A stretch of DNA of 64,000 bases from an uncultured cyanobacterium (GCA_963706595.1 OY970166.1:3296001-3360000), one strand, 5' to 3'; shown: positions 19,468 through 30,752, numbered from the stretch's first letter. Made by a program: numbers and translations. Notes: a model not told the origin generated them from the sequence alone.

Positions 19468-20964
19468 CTACCTGACTGAAAAGGCTTCGCTAAATCTACG
19501 AGTTACAGGCTCGATGATGAAGGTTAGAACTGACTTTTGACGCGTGACAATTTCACCGTTGGCTGACATTCCGGGAGTAAATGCTACTTCTTCTCCCCGG
19601 ACTTTCATTGAGTGTTGACTTAATTTTATTCTGGTGGGGAAGACTAAACCTAAGTCTTTGTCAACGACTGCATTCGGACTAATTTGCACAACTTTACCGT
19701 CAATTGTGCCAAATTCTTGAAAGGGAAAGGTGGCCATTTTTACTTTTGCTCTCATCCCTGGACGAATAAATCCAATATCGCGGTTGAGGACTTTCACTTC
19801 TAATAAAATGTCTTCTCCCGCCGGCAAAATTGACAGCAATTCTTCACCTGCTTGGACTGGTCCTTGGGTGGCTTTAATTTTGTAAATTGTGCCTGCGACT
19901 GGGGCTGTGATGGTTTCGCCAGCTTGCTGTTTTTTCGCTTGTTCTAGTTGACCATTCAGATTTGTGAGTTCTTCTTGGCGCTGTTTGATCTGGGTTAAAA
20001 TCTCGCTTTGGCGCTCAGATACTAAACGTTGGGCTTGCTGGCGAACTCCTTGATAAGCTTGTTCGGCTTGGCGAATTTCTTGGTCTTGGGCGGCAATTTC
20101 TCTTTTTAAGGATGCTATTCGATCTTCAGACTCTGTGACTCGATTTTTGGCGTTAATTACTTCGTCTTTTGCCCTAGTCATGTCTGTGTTGGCGCGATTT
20201 AATCTTTCTTGCGCTTCTAAGTAATCAATTCTAGGTAATGCACCAGGAGCAATGAGGGTGCTGAGGTTTCTTTCTCTTTGTTGCGCGATCGCAATATTTT
20301 TTTCAATTCCGACAACTAACTTTTCGGCGTTGACTACGTTAGCTTGGGCATTTTTAAAGCTGGTTTGAGCATTTACGAGGTTTTCTTGTAACCGTTGCTG
20401 GCGTTGTTTTACTTGAGCCACAATTGCTAGTTGGCGATTTGCTTCGGCTGCGGTTACAGCTTGACGGGCTTGGTAATCTGCGAGGCGTGATTCTAAAAGT
20501 TCATCTTGTAGTTTTGTCCCAGATTCTGTTGTCCCGATGCGTTCTGCTTGCAAACGCTGTAAGTCTTCCCTGATTAATTTGGCAGATTGGGCGAGGCGAT
20601 TGACATCTGTTTGTTGTAAGTCTGTGTCGCGTTGAATTAAAACTTGGTCTTTAGTGACATGATCGCCTTCTTCTACATTCACTTTCAAAATCGAACCACC
20701 GCCCAAGGATGTCACCGGTCGCACTTGTGTAGAGGCGATTAATTCTCCAGGTGCGATCGCCACTTCATCGATTTGAGAGAAATTTGCCCAGGCGATCGCC
20801 CCAAATACCACTAAGCTCAGTGTTCCTGCTAAAACTCTGGTATATAGCGGTGGTAATTCTTGTACAGCCTTACCGACTTCATAAGATAGTTGGTCTTCTG
20901 GTTTGGCAAATTGTTGTCTTGTTTGACGGGCTTGAGCAGCATTTGCAAGTAAGGAATATTTCAT
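19468..20964 (-). CDS. HlyD-family secretion adaptor (second copy)
   Basis: TM, coiled coil, ITAPVAG, FPFQEFGTIDG and FTPGMSANGEI motifs. Confidence 0.9.
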   Translation of the reverse strand: MKYSLLANAAQARQTRQQFAKPEDQLSYEVGKAVQELPPLYTRVLAGTLSLVVFGAIAWANFSQIDEVAIAPGELIASTQVRPVTSLGGGSILKVNVEEGDHVTKDQVLIQRDTDLQQTDVNRLAQSAKLIREDLQRLQAERIGTTESGTKLQDELLESRLADYQARQAVTAAEANRQLAIVAQVKQRQQRLQENLVNAQTSFKNAQANVVNAEKLVVGIEKNIAIAQQRERNLSTLIAPGALPRIDYLEAQERLNRANTDMTRAKDEVINAKNRVTESEDRIASLKREIAAQDQEIRQAEQAYQGVRQQAQRLVSERQSEILTQIKQRQEELTNLNGQLEQAKKQQAGETITAPVAGTIYKIKATQGPVQAGEELLSILPAGEDILLEVKVLNRDIGFIRPGMRAKVKMATFPFQEFGTIDGKVVQISPNAVVDKDLGLVFPTRIKLSQHSMKVRGEEVAFTPGMSANGEIVTRQKSVLTFIIEPVTRRFSEAFSVR

Positions 20965-20979
20965 AAAATTTTAGATTAT

Positions 20980-21056
20980 TGGGGGAATAGGGAGTGGGGA
21001 GTGGGGAGTGGGGAATGAGGAATGGGGAATGAGGAATGGGGAATGGGGAATGGGGA
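20980..21056. repeat. STRR heptamer repeats (GGGGAGT/GGGGAAT)
   Basis: Tandem 7-mers. Confidence 0.85.
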
Positions 21057-21170
21057 GAAGAGAATAGGTTGTTAAGCAGTCGTCCGTGTAAAGTAATTTC
21101 CAACTTACCCCTGCTCCCTGCTCGCTGCTCCCCTGCCTATTTAATCCCCCTACTCCCTACTCCCCATAAT

Positions 21171-22046
21171 TCAAACCGCAAGATAGCGCCGCAGAAAATT
21201 TTCTAAAGTTTCCAAGTGAAAATTAAAAATCCTTTCTAAGTTGGCTATTTCCTCTTTTCTACAGAAAAACTCATTAGACAGTAATGTGCGATAGGTTCCG
21301 AAAGCTGTTTGTGCTTGGGGGTTAAATAAACCCAATGCACTGCGTAACCCATCCACAACAAACAAAGGTGAATTAATGATAATTGGTTCTTTGTTGAAGA
21401 TGCGACTAAAAATTTGGGGAATATCCTCACGCAATAAAATCTCTGGACCTCCCACTGGTAATATTTGGTTGCGTGCGCCTTCAGCTGTGATGGAGTTAAC
21501 TACTATCCTGGCTAAATCATCTGTACTGACAACCGAAGTTCGATTTTTAGGATCACCAATCAGCAAATACAAACCTGTTTCCCGAAAACGTTCTGCTAAT
21601 GAGAGTAAATTAGATGCTAATCCAGCCGGGCGTAAAATTGTGTAATTCAAGCCACTAGCCTCTAAATATTGTTCTACTGCGCGTTTGGCTTTGAACACGG
21701 GCGCATCTTCATAACCCCGTTCTGCTCCCAGTACAGAAATAAACACAAAATGCTTGACTTGATTAGCTATAGCCTGATCGATCAGTTCAATATTGGCGCG
21801 ATAGTCCAGAGATAAAGAGTCACCATCAGAACCGTGGGCGCTGATCATGTACTCGACACCCCGACAAGCTTTGACAATATCCTTGTCTCGGCGCAAATCA
21901 CCGATGAAGATTTCTGCTCCTCGGTGTTCTAACTCGTTATAACGCGAAGTGAGGCGGACAAATGCCCTCACTGGCTTTTCTTCTAGGCGTAGGAGTCGCA
22001 CGACTCGGCGACCAATTCCTCCCGTTGCTCCAGTTACCAGAAACAT
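21171..22046 (-). CDS. Atypical SDR / NmrA-like NAD(P)-binding protein
   Basis: MFLVTGATGGIG Rossmann motif; YTILRP. Confidence 0.85.
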   Translation of the reverse strand: MFLVTGATGGIGRRVVRLLRLEEKPVRAFVRLTSRYNELEHRGAEIFIGDLRRDKDIVKACRGVEYMISAHGSDGDSLSLDYRANIELIDQAIANQVKHFVFISVLGAERGYEDAPVFKAKRAVEQYLEASGLNYTILRPAGLASNLLSLAERFRETGLYLLIGDPKNRTSVVSTDDLARIVVNSITAEGARNQILPVGGPEILLREDIPQIFSRIFNKEPIIINSPLFVVDGLRSALGLFNPQAQTAFGTYRTLLSNEFFCRKEEIANLERIFNFHLETLENFLRRYLAV

Positions 22047-22083
22047 AAGGATTTTCGGTGATGAATTCCATCTACACACTAAT

Positions 22084-22867
22084 CTAAAATTCGACAATTA
22101 CTGGGGTATGGTCGCTGGGTTGGGGTAATTTTCTGGGGGTTACGTCAATCATGCAGCTTTTAGCGCGTTCGTAAAGGATTGGGGTGAGATAATGATGGTC
22201 AATTCGCCAACCCATATTGCGTCTAAAAGCGGCGGCGCGATAGTCCCACCAACTGTAGTGTCCGCCTTCTGTGGTAAACTTACGAAAGGCATCAGCAAAT
22301 CCCAATTCTAGGATATCTCGTAAGGCCTTGGCGCTCTGGTTCCGATGCCATAATGTGATTGTCTGGATTGGCTTTTTCGTGAATGTCTTCGGCTGCTAGG
22401 GCAATATTGAAGTCACCACACATACAGATTGCCGGTTGTGACAGTAAAAGGGTTTGCAAATATTCTTTTAGCACTGTTAGCCAGCCTAGCTTGAATTCGT
22501 ATTTTTCGCTGCCCACTGCTGAACCATTAGGGACATATAAATTTACAATGCGAATGCCATCTATTACGCCTGTAATCACGCGTTTCTGTACATCCCAGGC
22601 TGGATCGATATTGGGCAAAATGGGGGTGAAACCAGCGCTGACATCCAGGAGTGGTTGGCGACTAATCAGGGCTACACCGTTATAAGCTTTCTGCCCAGAG
22701 AAATAAACATGATAGCCTAATTCTTCAAAAGGCGATCGCGGAAAATCCGCGTCTACAACTTTTGTTTCCTGCAAGCAGAGAACATCAATGGGATTTTCGC
22801 TTAACCAAAAGATCACCTGTTCTAGGCGAGTCCGAACTGAGTTAACATTCCAAGTGGCAATTTTCAT
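22084..22867 (-). CDS. xth: Exodeoxyribonuclease III, split by a +1 frameshift near 22326
   Basis: MKIATWNVNS, LQETK, GDFN, WRIDH and SDH motifs across two frames. Confidence 0.9.
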
Positions 22868-23324
22868 TTTTTAGTTTTCAGGATGGAAAATCAATATTAA
22901 TTTTTAATAAGTTATGTTTTGACAATTGTTTAACTTTGACGTAATTTACCCATTTTTGTTAACTGTAACTTAAGAAAAATTGATACTATATCTTAATTTT
23001 AGTATTCTCAGCTACAAAAACTATTATTTTGTCAGTTTAGCTACCAAAAATATTCATGGTGGCATGATCCCCAAGGTAGATGAAACCGCTAGAACCTAAG
23101 CTATATTTTAAAAGTGTAGCTGCTTAGTAGCTATTGTTGATGTTTTAATTGATGTTTTAAAATGTATTGGTAGTGGTTGAAGGTACGGTTAACCAAGATT
23201 GCCCTCCCAAGAGTAAATAAGGTTAATTTAAATCTGAACAAAGTAAGTGTAAATCCTCTGGTTTTCCATAAGAGAATATTACTTGCTTTGCAGGATATTT
23301 TCTCGGCTGAACCGAAACAACTTT

Positions 23325-24392
23325 ATGAATATCGCTCAAGTCGCCCCTTTATGGGAACGAGTTCCACCTCCTAGTTATGGAGGAATTGAACTGGTAGTGA
23401 GTCACTTAACCGATGAACTGGTTCGTCGCGGTCATAATGTTACTTTGTTTGCTTCTGGTGACTCTCAAACCTTGGCTGATTTAAAGGCAGTTTCTCCCCT
23501 TGCATTGCGCTTGGACAAATATGTTCAAGATTATGCAGGGTATGAAACTTTAGAACTTAGCCAAGTTTACCAACACGCTGCAAAGTTCGATATTATTCAT
23601 TCTCATGTCGGGATAGCAGCATTACCTTTGGCAAGTTTGGTATCAACACCCACCGTTCATACCTTGCATAACAGTTTTACCCAAGACAACCAAAAAGTCT
23701 TTAGATACCATCACCAACAACCTTATGTCAGCATTAGTAAAGCCCAGCGTCAAATCAAATTAAACTATGTAGCTACGGTTTATAACGGCATAGAAACTAC
23801 CGATTATCCATTTATAGCCCAACCACAAGAACCGCAATATTTAGCATTTTTAGGCCGCTTTTCTCCAGAGAAGGGTCCACAACAGGCGATCGCCATTGCT
23901 AAACAAACTGGTTGGCGCTTGAAAATGGCAGGGAAAGTTGATATCGGTGATGCTCAGTTTTTTGAACAAGAGATTGTCCCCCATATTGATGGTCAGCAAA
24001 TTGAATATTTGGGCGAAATCAACCACGCCGAAAAAACTAAACTGCTGGGAAATGCGGCTATAACTCTGTTTCCAATTAATTGGCAAGAACCTTTTGGCTT
24101 AGTCATGATTGAATCAATGGCGACTGGGACACCAGTAATTGCCATGAATTTAGGTTCTGTACAGGAGGTAATTGTTCACGGCAAAACAGGTTTTATTTGC
24201 CACAACTATGCAGAAATGGTAACAATGATTCCGGCGGCGTTGGCACTCAATCGTCAAGCCTGTCGAAAACATATAGAAAACAATTTTAGTGTTAACCACA
24301 TGGTTAACGGCTACGAAGCAGTTTACAAACAAATTATCGATAACCGCATTCATTTAAATGGTTATTTAGATGCGGCTCAAGTCCGGTTTTAA
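23325..24392 (+). CDS. Glycosyltransferase family 4
   Basis: MNIAQVAP..PPPSYGGIE and EPFGLVMIESMATGTPV motifs. Confidence 0.92.
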   Translation: MNIAQVAPLWERVPPPSYGGIELVVSHLTDELVRRGHNVTLFASGDSQTLADLKAVSPLALRLDKYVQDYAGYETLELSQVYQHAAKFDIIHSHVGIAALPLASLVSTPTVHTLHNSFTQDNQKVFRYHHQQPYVSISKAQRQIKLNYVATVYNGIETTDYPFIAQPQEPQYLAFLGRFSPEKGPQQAIAIAKQTGWRLKMAGKVDIGDAQFFEQEIVPHIDGQQIEYLGEINHAEKTKLLGNAAITLFPINWQEPFGLVMIESMATGTPVIAMNLGSVQEVIVHGKTGFICHNYAEMVTMIPAALALNRQACRKHIENNFSVNHMVNGYEAVYKQIIDNRIHLNGYLDAAQVRF

Positions 24393-24451
24393 TTAATAAC
24401 TTTTTTTGAAGATTTTAAACAACAACAACTTTGTTTTAGGGGGATCTTGCT

Positions 24452-24643
24452 ATGAATATGAGAGCCAACAGCTGTCCGTGTTGCGGTGGTTCCCTTCTGC
24501 GTCATGTCCGTCATGGTGAACTGTATTGGTTTTGCCAGTCTTGCAGGCAAGAAGTACCTCTGTTGACGGTGGTTCGTGTGTCTCATCCTCGTGGGGAAAC
24601 TCAGAATACGGCAGTGCTGACTCAGCCGACATTAAGGGAGTAA
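24452..24643 (+). CDS. Small zinc-ribbon protein
   Basis: CPCC..LLRH..YWFCQSCRQE, two CxxC pairs. Confidence 0.65.
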   Translation: MNMRANSCPCCGGSLLRHVRHGELYWFCQSCRQEVPLLTVVRVSHPRGETQNTAVLTQPTLRE

Positions 24644-24822
24644 GGGTAGCGTTAGCGTTGATAGCTAGTGGTAAAATACCTTTTGAGTTATTGATTAGTG
24701 AAGAGCGATCGCTCCAGGATTTAGAACAGTTATTCTGTAATAGGAAGGCGCGTAAAGTGATTAAGGTGGCGATGATTCCTCACCCACCAGGCGCACCAGG
24801 CGCGGAGAATGAGAGTTTTTGA
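24640..24822 (+). pseudogene. C-terminal remnant of a zinc-dependent alcohol dehydrogenase
   Basis: VRVALALIASGKIPFELLISEERSLQDLEQ..KVIKVAMIP resembles the MDR C-terminus; no N-terminus present. Confidence 0.5.
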
Positions 24823-25032
24823 GGGGTTGTTTTGCGATCGCACAGATGAAATTGAAGCATCTAATATCGCAGATGAAATATTGTTAAACCCTCCATTGCA
24901 AGGATTTTTAACTATTTCTAACGCCTTGCAATGGCGACTTCAATATAGAAGGCTCAGAATCTTATAAAATAGGATATCGAAATAATATTCTCATCAAAGA
25001 TATATCTACTTTTGATCAACTGAGTAAATTGT

Positions 25033-25281
25033 ATGATTTCAGGGCTGAAACAAAATGGCGTTCTGGTATTAAACATGATTGCTGATCATGAGGAGACAGC
25101 ACAAAAGATTTTTGAGATTTTGACTTCTCCATCAGCTATAAATTATTATTCATCTCTAATTTTTTGGGATGAAAAGCGCCCAATTAAGTCCAGCATCTTA
25201 AATACCTTAAACCTGACAGCCTTAATCGCGGCAGAAGAGAGCTTTTATGGTTCAAAGGGGCGTTCTAAGATTAATTTGTAA
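25033..25281 (+). pseudogene. Probable gene fragment (possibly a DNA methyltransferase C-terminus)
   Basis: YYSSLIFWDEKRPIKSSILN segment recognised from memory only; overlaps the 3' end of the convergent gene. Confidence 0.3.
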
Positions 25282-26252
25282 TATCCCAAGACTCCTCCTT
25301 TAGACATGAAAGTGAAAGGCATTAAAAGACCAGCAATTGAATTTCTGACTAAATATTTAGGCAACATATAAGCAAGTATTTTTGCTTTCCAAGACAAAGA
25401 AAAAAGTCTCAGGGACAATTTTTGTAATTTTGATAAGGTAGGCTGAATTGCCAAAGAAACATCTTCAAGGACTTGAACTTGAAAGCCAATTGATTGTGCG
25501 GTCGCATTCCAATGATCAATTTGTGAAAATCCCTGCCGAACTGCCATTGAGACTTCTACAAGTAGACTGGCGGTTTTAAGTAACTTAGGGACTTGTTCAA
25601 GCTGGATATTACGATAGCCATCGAAGACAATTAATTGTCCACCAGGGCGCAGCACACGAAAAATTTCTGCCAGGGGAATTTCTGGTTGAGATGCATGACA
25701 TAAACACTCAAAAGCAAAAACAATATCAAAGGATTGATCTAAAAAATTTAATTGATTAAAGTTGCCTTCTTGAAAAGATAAGCTAGAAAATTTATCTGCT
25801 TTTTGACGTGCTATGTTAATATGCAATGGAGTTAAATCAATTCCTGTGAAGCTTACTTCTGGATATTGCTCGGCTAAAAAACAGCTATTAAATCCTTTGC
25901 CGCATCCTAATTCTAAAACAGTCTTGGCATCAAGTTTACGAATTTGTTCGCCAACTACTCGCGGTTGAGCATAGTAACCATCTGGATGAAATACACCATC
26001 AAAGTTCAACCCCAAGTGGATAGCATCTTCTCCAGAGTGAAAGGTTTGATAACCCCATTCACTTTGGGTGTAGTAAGATATGGTAAAGTCTGAATCAAAT
26101 TCTTTTAAGACGGATTCGCAACCAAACAGCCAGTCAATTTTGGCGATCGCATCTGCTAAAGTTAGTTGACTAGCCAGCGTCGCATAGTCAACTTTTGATC
26201 CCCAAGTAAGTAGTTTAATAATGGTATTTTTCAAAAATTTATTTGCTGTCAT
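25245..26252 (-). CDS. Class I SAM-dependent methyltransferase
   Basis: VLELGCGKG, GIDLT, SFDIV and VLRPGG motifs; ATG start chosen at 26252. Confidence 0.88.
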   Translation of the reverse strand: MTANKFLKNTIIKLLTWGSKVDYATLASQLTLADAIAKIDWLFGCESVLKEFDSDFTISYYTQSEWGYQTFHSGEDAIHLGLNFDGVFHPDGYYAQPRVVGEQIRKLDAKTVLELGCGKGFNSCFLAEQYPEVSFTGIDLTPLHINIARQKADKFSSLSFQEGNFNQLNFLDQSFDIVFAFECLCHASQPEIPLAEIFRVLRPGGQLIVFDGYRNIQLEQVPKLLKTASLLVEVSMAVRQGFSQIDHWNATAQSIGFQVQVLEDVSLAIQPTLSKLQKLSLRLFSLSWKAKILAYMLPKYLVRNSIAGLLMPFTFMSKGGVLGYYKLILERPFEP

Positions 26253-26515
26253 AAGTGCTGGAAAAAATATTGTTATACTAATATAGCAGTCTACTCTCAA
26301 ACATCTGGGTTAGCAAAACAATAAGCAGGTAGTCATACCATTTATATATTGCCGCTCCAGGCTAATTGAGTGAATTTTTATCAATAACTGGTATGAGTAA
26401 GACTTTATAGCAGCTAGAGTACCTACAAATCTCATGCAAGAATCTTACTCCAAAACGGGAAAACTATGGTTATCCCCTGACGGGGGAAATTTCTATGTAA
26501 GTCCCGAATAGGAAA

Positions 26516-27127
26516 ATGTTGCAAAAATTTCTGCTTAACTTCTTGATTTTACCTTTTTCTCTAGTTCCCTGGCTGGGTATGGGAATGGTTTTTGATTCCC
26601 AAGCTGATGCGTTACCGGGAGAAACTACAGAAGAAGTAACTACCTGGATTAAAGCACATCCGACACTCCGCCCTAGACCGGGAGAACGTTTATTTATCCA
26701 AAAGAGTGATACAGCAGCCCAGCGATTCACTTTTCAAGCATCGGTGTTACCTCCTGGTAGGGTGCGATTAACCCCAGACAGAGGCCGGATTCGTAGTGAG
26801 CGCCTGACTATGTATGATGCGATTAACGGGATGAGTTTTCAGCGTCTCCAGGAGTCTCTGCGGGTAATTTATGGCTTAGATATCTATCAAGATTTTAATC
26901 GCGCTCAAGTCATATATGAGTATCCTAACCAGAGTGCAATTAACTCGGCGCGGATGGCTAGAACGCCTATCAGGGAAGCTTTACAGGGAGAATTACGTGT
27001 AGGCGATCGCTATGCTTATTGGCTGGAAATTGCCCAACCCCCAGAAGGTAAAGCTTTCACAGGTCAGATGACGGTTTTACTCAAAGCTGACCTCGATAAA
27101 TTGGAATCTGAATTGCGAAATCGCTAA
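26516..27127 (+). CDS. Hypothetical exported protein
   Basis: Signal-peptide-like N-terminus ending ADA-LPG. Confidence 0.7.
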   Translation: MLQKFLLNFLILPFSLVPWLGMGMVFDSQADALPGETTEEVTTWIKAHPTLRPRPGERLFIQKSDTAAQRFTFQASVLPPGRVRLTPDRGRIRSERLTMYDAINGMSFQRLQESLRVIYGLDIYQDFNRAQVIYEYPNQSAINSARMARTPIREALQGELRVGDRYAYWLEIAQPPEGKAFTGQMTVLLKADLDKLESELRNR

Positions 27128-27179
27128 TAATTGGCGTTTGCTGTGGGTTCGGTTGAACCCAACCTGCTGCAATCTGCCT

Positions 27180-27548
27180 CTATAATCCTCCTAATCCTAC
27201 AGGAGATGGGGTTTGCCAGACACCAGAAAAGATGCTTTCAGTGGCTAGGGAAATTCTCAGTAAATCTTCTTTGAGCAGAGGCGGCCAATCAACCCCAGCT
27301 TTGCGCCCGGCTACAAAGATTTGTTGCGCCTTGACCCCCAACTGATAAAGAGCAAAGGCTAATTCTCGGTCTAAGTTGGGTGAGTCTTTCATGGCTTCAA
27401 ATACCACTTTCAACGCTAACAAAATCGAGGTGATTTGACCGGGTACTGGTGATTTTCCTAGCTTCATTCGCATTAACAAAGCGTCTGGGTGTTCATCAGT
27501 TGTTAGTGTCTGGGCTACGAGGAGTTGGCGAGCTGTTTCGTAATTCAT
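27180..27548 (-). CDS. Conserved cyanobacterial hypothetical protein
   Basis: Clean 122-aa helical ORF. Confidence 0.7.
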   Translation of the reverse strand: MNYETARQLLVAQTLTTDEHPDALLMRMKLGKSPVPGQITSILLALKVVFEAMKDSPNLDRELAFALYQLGVKAQQIFVAGRKAGVDWPPLLKEDLLRISLATESIFSGVWQTPSPVGLGGL

Positions 27549-27802
27549 TTATCCAGCTTATCTTAGTTGTGAGCGTCAGCAAGAGTACCTACATCCAAAT
27601 TACTATGAGGATGTAATTTTACTAGTTATCTTGCTATAGTCAATATTCTTGAAATTTAACCACAGATGCACATAGATGAACCCCACCCCCAACCCCCTCC
27701 CCGCAAGCGAGGAGGGGGCTATGATGTAGTTCATTTAAGTACACACAGATAGTTTATCGGTGTTTATCTATGGTTCATTTTTTGGTGATTTAAGCCAGAA
27801 GC

Positions 27803-29329
27803 TTAGTATTTATGCTGAGATTGTGCCTCAATTTGTCTGACCACTGTTAGGGCTGAGTAACTGACTCCAGCTGTACCTTCTCCAGGATGAGTGGAATCAC
27901 CGACTAACCATAAATGGTTGATGGGTGTGCGATTGGCAAATCCAAAGGGGCCAAAGGTGGGTATTCTTTGACCTATACCGCCAACTATACCGCGATCGCG
28001 TGCTGTGTAATGAGCAAAACTCCGGGGTGTGGCGGCTTCTTGATGAATGATGGTTTCTGGTTTGAGGTAGAAGTATTCCGAAAGACGGGCGATCGCATCT
28101 TCTGTATACTTCTGTTTAAGTCCTTGATAATTATTCGTTTCCCACCACGGTGCAGGATCGACAAAGGATGAAGCGATAATTGTGGCTTTCCCGTCTGGGG
28201 CGCGTCCATCTCCGGGATGACTAACGGAAACAAACAAAGAATTATTTTCCCCAATTGGTCCATCAACATCATAGAGGAATTGTAGATGGGGCGGACAATC
28301 TGGAGGAATGGCGCTGATATCTACACCTAAATACACCACAAATGCACCCGACGCTTGGGGTAAATTTTCTACCCGATTTTTATACCCAGAGGGTGTTTTT
28401 TCTCCCAATAGTTGCACTAAGTTCTGCACAGTGACGTTAGCAACTACATGGTCTACAACTTCTGTGCAGATTTCGCCTGTTTTCTGATTTCTAATCACTA
28501 CAGATGTAGCTTGGTTATTTTCCACCTGGATTTTTTCTACAGTGTGGCGCATTAATAACTTACCACCATCTCTTTCTAAGGATTCCACCAGGCGATCGCT
28601 TAGTACCTGCATACTACCCTGGAGGTGAAATAAACCTTGGGGTAATTGGGAGACACTCAACGCCGTAGCTGCATAAAGTAAAGCTGTTTCCTCCGTATCA
28701 ACTTGAGAATATAGCTTTAATTGCAAATCCAAAAACGTTCTCAAACGATGGTCGTTACCCAGTCCGTAAAACCTTAAAGCATCGCCCACAGTAAATAATG
28801 TATAGGGTACAGTAATTAATGTACTGGGGCGTACTGCTTGAGTTAATTGCCATAAATCCCACAAACTCCGGGGAGGTAATACCGGGTCGCGTCCTTGGAA
28901 TTGCCAACTAGCCTCAAATAACACCGCCATCATTTGCCAAAACGGTTCACTACCGGGAAATTGTTTTTGGCGTTCCTCTCGCCATTTATTTTGGTCACGC
29001 CAAACATTAATCGGTGTACTTTCCCCAGGTAAATACACAGCACAAGCCGGGTCACAAGGTGTCGCTGCTGGTAAATCTATCCCTAATTCTGAGAAAATCC
29101 GGTGATGGATTCCCCCTGGTTCTAATCCTGCAACCTGAGTCGCCCCCACATCAAAGGTAAATCCGCGCCGTTGAAATGTGGAAGCACAACCCCCCGGAAC
29201 CAGGGCTTGGTCTAAGACTAAAACGCTGTAACCCCTATGGGCTAATAATGCCGCCGCAGTCAGTCCGCCTATCCCCGCACCGACGACAGCAACACGGGAT
29301 TTAGTTTTGTGAGTAGAAATATTAGACAT
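27803..29329 (-). CDS. crtD: Carotenoid C-3',4' desaturase (CrtD-like FAD oxidoreductase)
   Basis: VVGAGIGG, FTFDVGATQVAGLEPGGIH and GDSTHPGEGTAGV motifs. Confidence 0.8.
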   Translation of the reverse strand: MSNISTHKTKSRVAVVGAGIGGLTAAALLAHRGYSVLVLDQALVPGGCASTFQRRGFTFDVGATQVAGLEPGGIHHRIFSELGIDLPAATPCDPACAVYLPGESTPINVWRDQNKWREERQKQFPGSEPFWQMMAVLFEASWQFQGRDPVLPPRSLWDLWQLTQAVRPSTLITVPYTLFTVGDALRFYGLGNDHRLRTFLDLQLKLYSQVDTEETALLYAATALSVSQLPQGLFHLQGSMQVLSDRLVESLERDGGKLLMRHTVEKIQVENNQATSVVIRNQKTGEICTEVVDHVVANVTVQNLVQLLGEKTPSGYKNRVENLPQASGAFVVYLGVDISAIPPDCPPHLQFLYDVDGPIGENNSLFVSVSHPGDGRAPDGKATIIASSFVDPAPWWETNNYQGLKQKYTEDAIARLSEYFYLKPETIIHQEAATPRSFAHYTARDRGIVGGIGQRIPTFGPFGFANRTPINHLWLVGDSTHPGEGTAGVSYSALTVVRQIEAQSQHKY

Positions 29330-29477
29330 TGTTTACCTTTACAATTTTTAATATTACTACTCATAATTTTACGTTATCTGGCAAAAAAAGGCCGTGTCAT
29401 ATTCACAACCCTAAGATGCTGATTTGAATTGCTAGATAAGATAAAGGAATAACAAAGCTGTTCACTCCTCACTACCC

Positions 29478-30752
29478 ATGACCTCAACCGTGCTAAAATT
29501 TCCTCGGATAAATGCCCCCACAGTGCATAAATTGCCCAATGGCTTGACCATAGTTGCAGAACAAATGCCAGTGGAAGCGGTAAATCTCAGCTTGTGGATT
29601 AAAGTTGGCTCGGCTGTAGAATCTGATGCTATTAATGGCATGGCTCATTTTTTAGAACACATGATTTTTAAAGGAACCGAGCGTTTAGCAAGCGGTGAGT
29701 TTGAACGTCACATTGAAGAACGGGGTGCTGTGACTAATGCTGCAACTAGCCAAGACTATACTCAATACTATATAAATACGGCTCCCAAGGATTTTGCCGC
29801 CCTCGCTCCACTGCAAATAGATGTAGTATGTAACGCTCTCATCCCTGACGATGCCTTTGAACGGGAACGTTTGGTAGTTTTGGAAGAAATTCGCCGTTCT
29901 GAAGATAACCCCCGGCGCAGGACGTTTAGAAGGTCAATGGAGACAGCTTTTGAACAGTTACCTTATCGCCGTCCAGTGTTGGGGCCAGAAGCGGTAATTT
30001 CTCAACTTAAAGCCCAGCAAATGCGCGATTTTCATCGGACTTGGTATCACCCTCAGTCAATTACGGCCGTAGCTGTGGGTAATTTACCTGTGGAAGAATT
30101 AATTGCAACTGTGGCTCAGGGATTTAGTGTCAGTGAACAGTTAACAGTTAACAGTCAACAGTCGGCGGTTAATCCTGAACCTGCGTTTACAGAAGTTGTG
30201 CGGCGGGAGTTTGTTGATGACAGTCTTCAGCAAGCGCGTTTAGTCATGGTTTGGCGGGTTCCAGGTTTGGGACAGTTAAATGATATTTATGGTTTGGATG
30301 TTTTAGCGGGAGTTTTGGCACATGGACGGACTTCTAGGCTGGTGCGGGATTTGCGGGAAGAACGGGGACTGGTGACTTCTATTGGTGTGAGTAATATGAC
30401 CAATCAGTTACAAGGGACGTTTTATATTTCTGCTAAATGTGCGGTGGAAAATTTACAGGCTGTTGAGGAAGCGATCGCTCAACATATCCGTATACTTCAT
30501 ACAGAGTTAGTCTCAGAACCAGAAATTGCTCGCATCCGGCGACGGGTAGCTAACAAGTTTATTTTTGCCAATGAAACACCAAGCGATCGCGCTGGTTTAT
30601 ACGGTTATTATCAATCTATGGTGGGAGATTTAGAACCTGCGTTTAATTACCCAGATCATATTCAATCCCAAGAAGCAACAGACTTAATGCAAGCCGCAAA
30701 ACAGTATCTTTCCCCAGATGCTTATGGTGTAGTGGTATTGAAACCGTCTTAG
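29478..30752 (+). CDS. M16 family zinc peptidase
   Basis: HFLEH (HxxEH) motif, NAATS. Confidence 0.92.
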   Translation: MTSTVLKFPRINAPTVHKLPNGLTIVAEQMPVEAVNLSLWIKVGSAVESDAINGMAHFLEHMIFKGTERLASGEFERHIEERGAVTNAATSQDYTQYYINTAPKDFAALAPLQIDVVCNALIPDDAFERERLVVLEEIRRSEDNPRRRTFRRSMETAFEQLPYRRPVLGPEAVISQLKAQQMRDFHRTWYHPQSITAVAVGNLPVEELIATVAQGFSVSEQLTVNSQQSAVNPEPAFTEVVRREFVDDSLQQARLVMVWRVPGLGQLNDIYGLDVLAGVLAHGRTSRLVRDLREERGLVTSIGVSNMTNQLQGTFYISAKCAVENLQAVEEAIAQHIRILHTELVSEPEIARIRRRVANKFIFANETPSDRAGLYGYYQSMVGDLEPAFNYPDHIQSQEATDLMQAAKQYLSPDAYGVVVLKPS

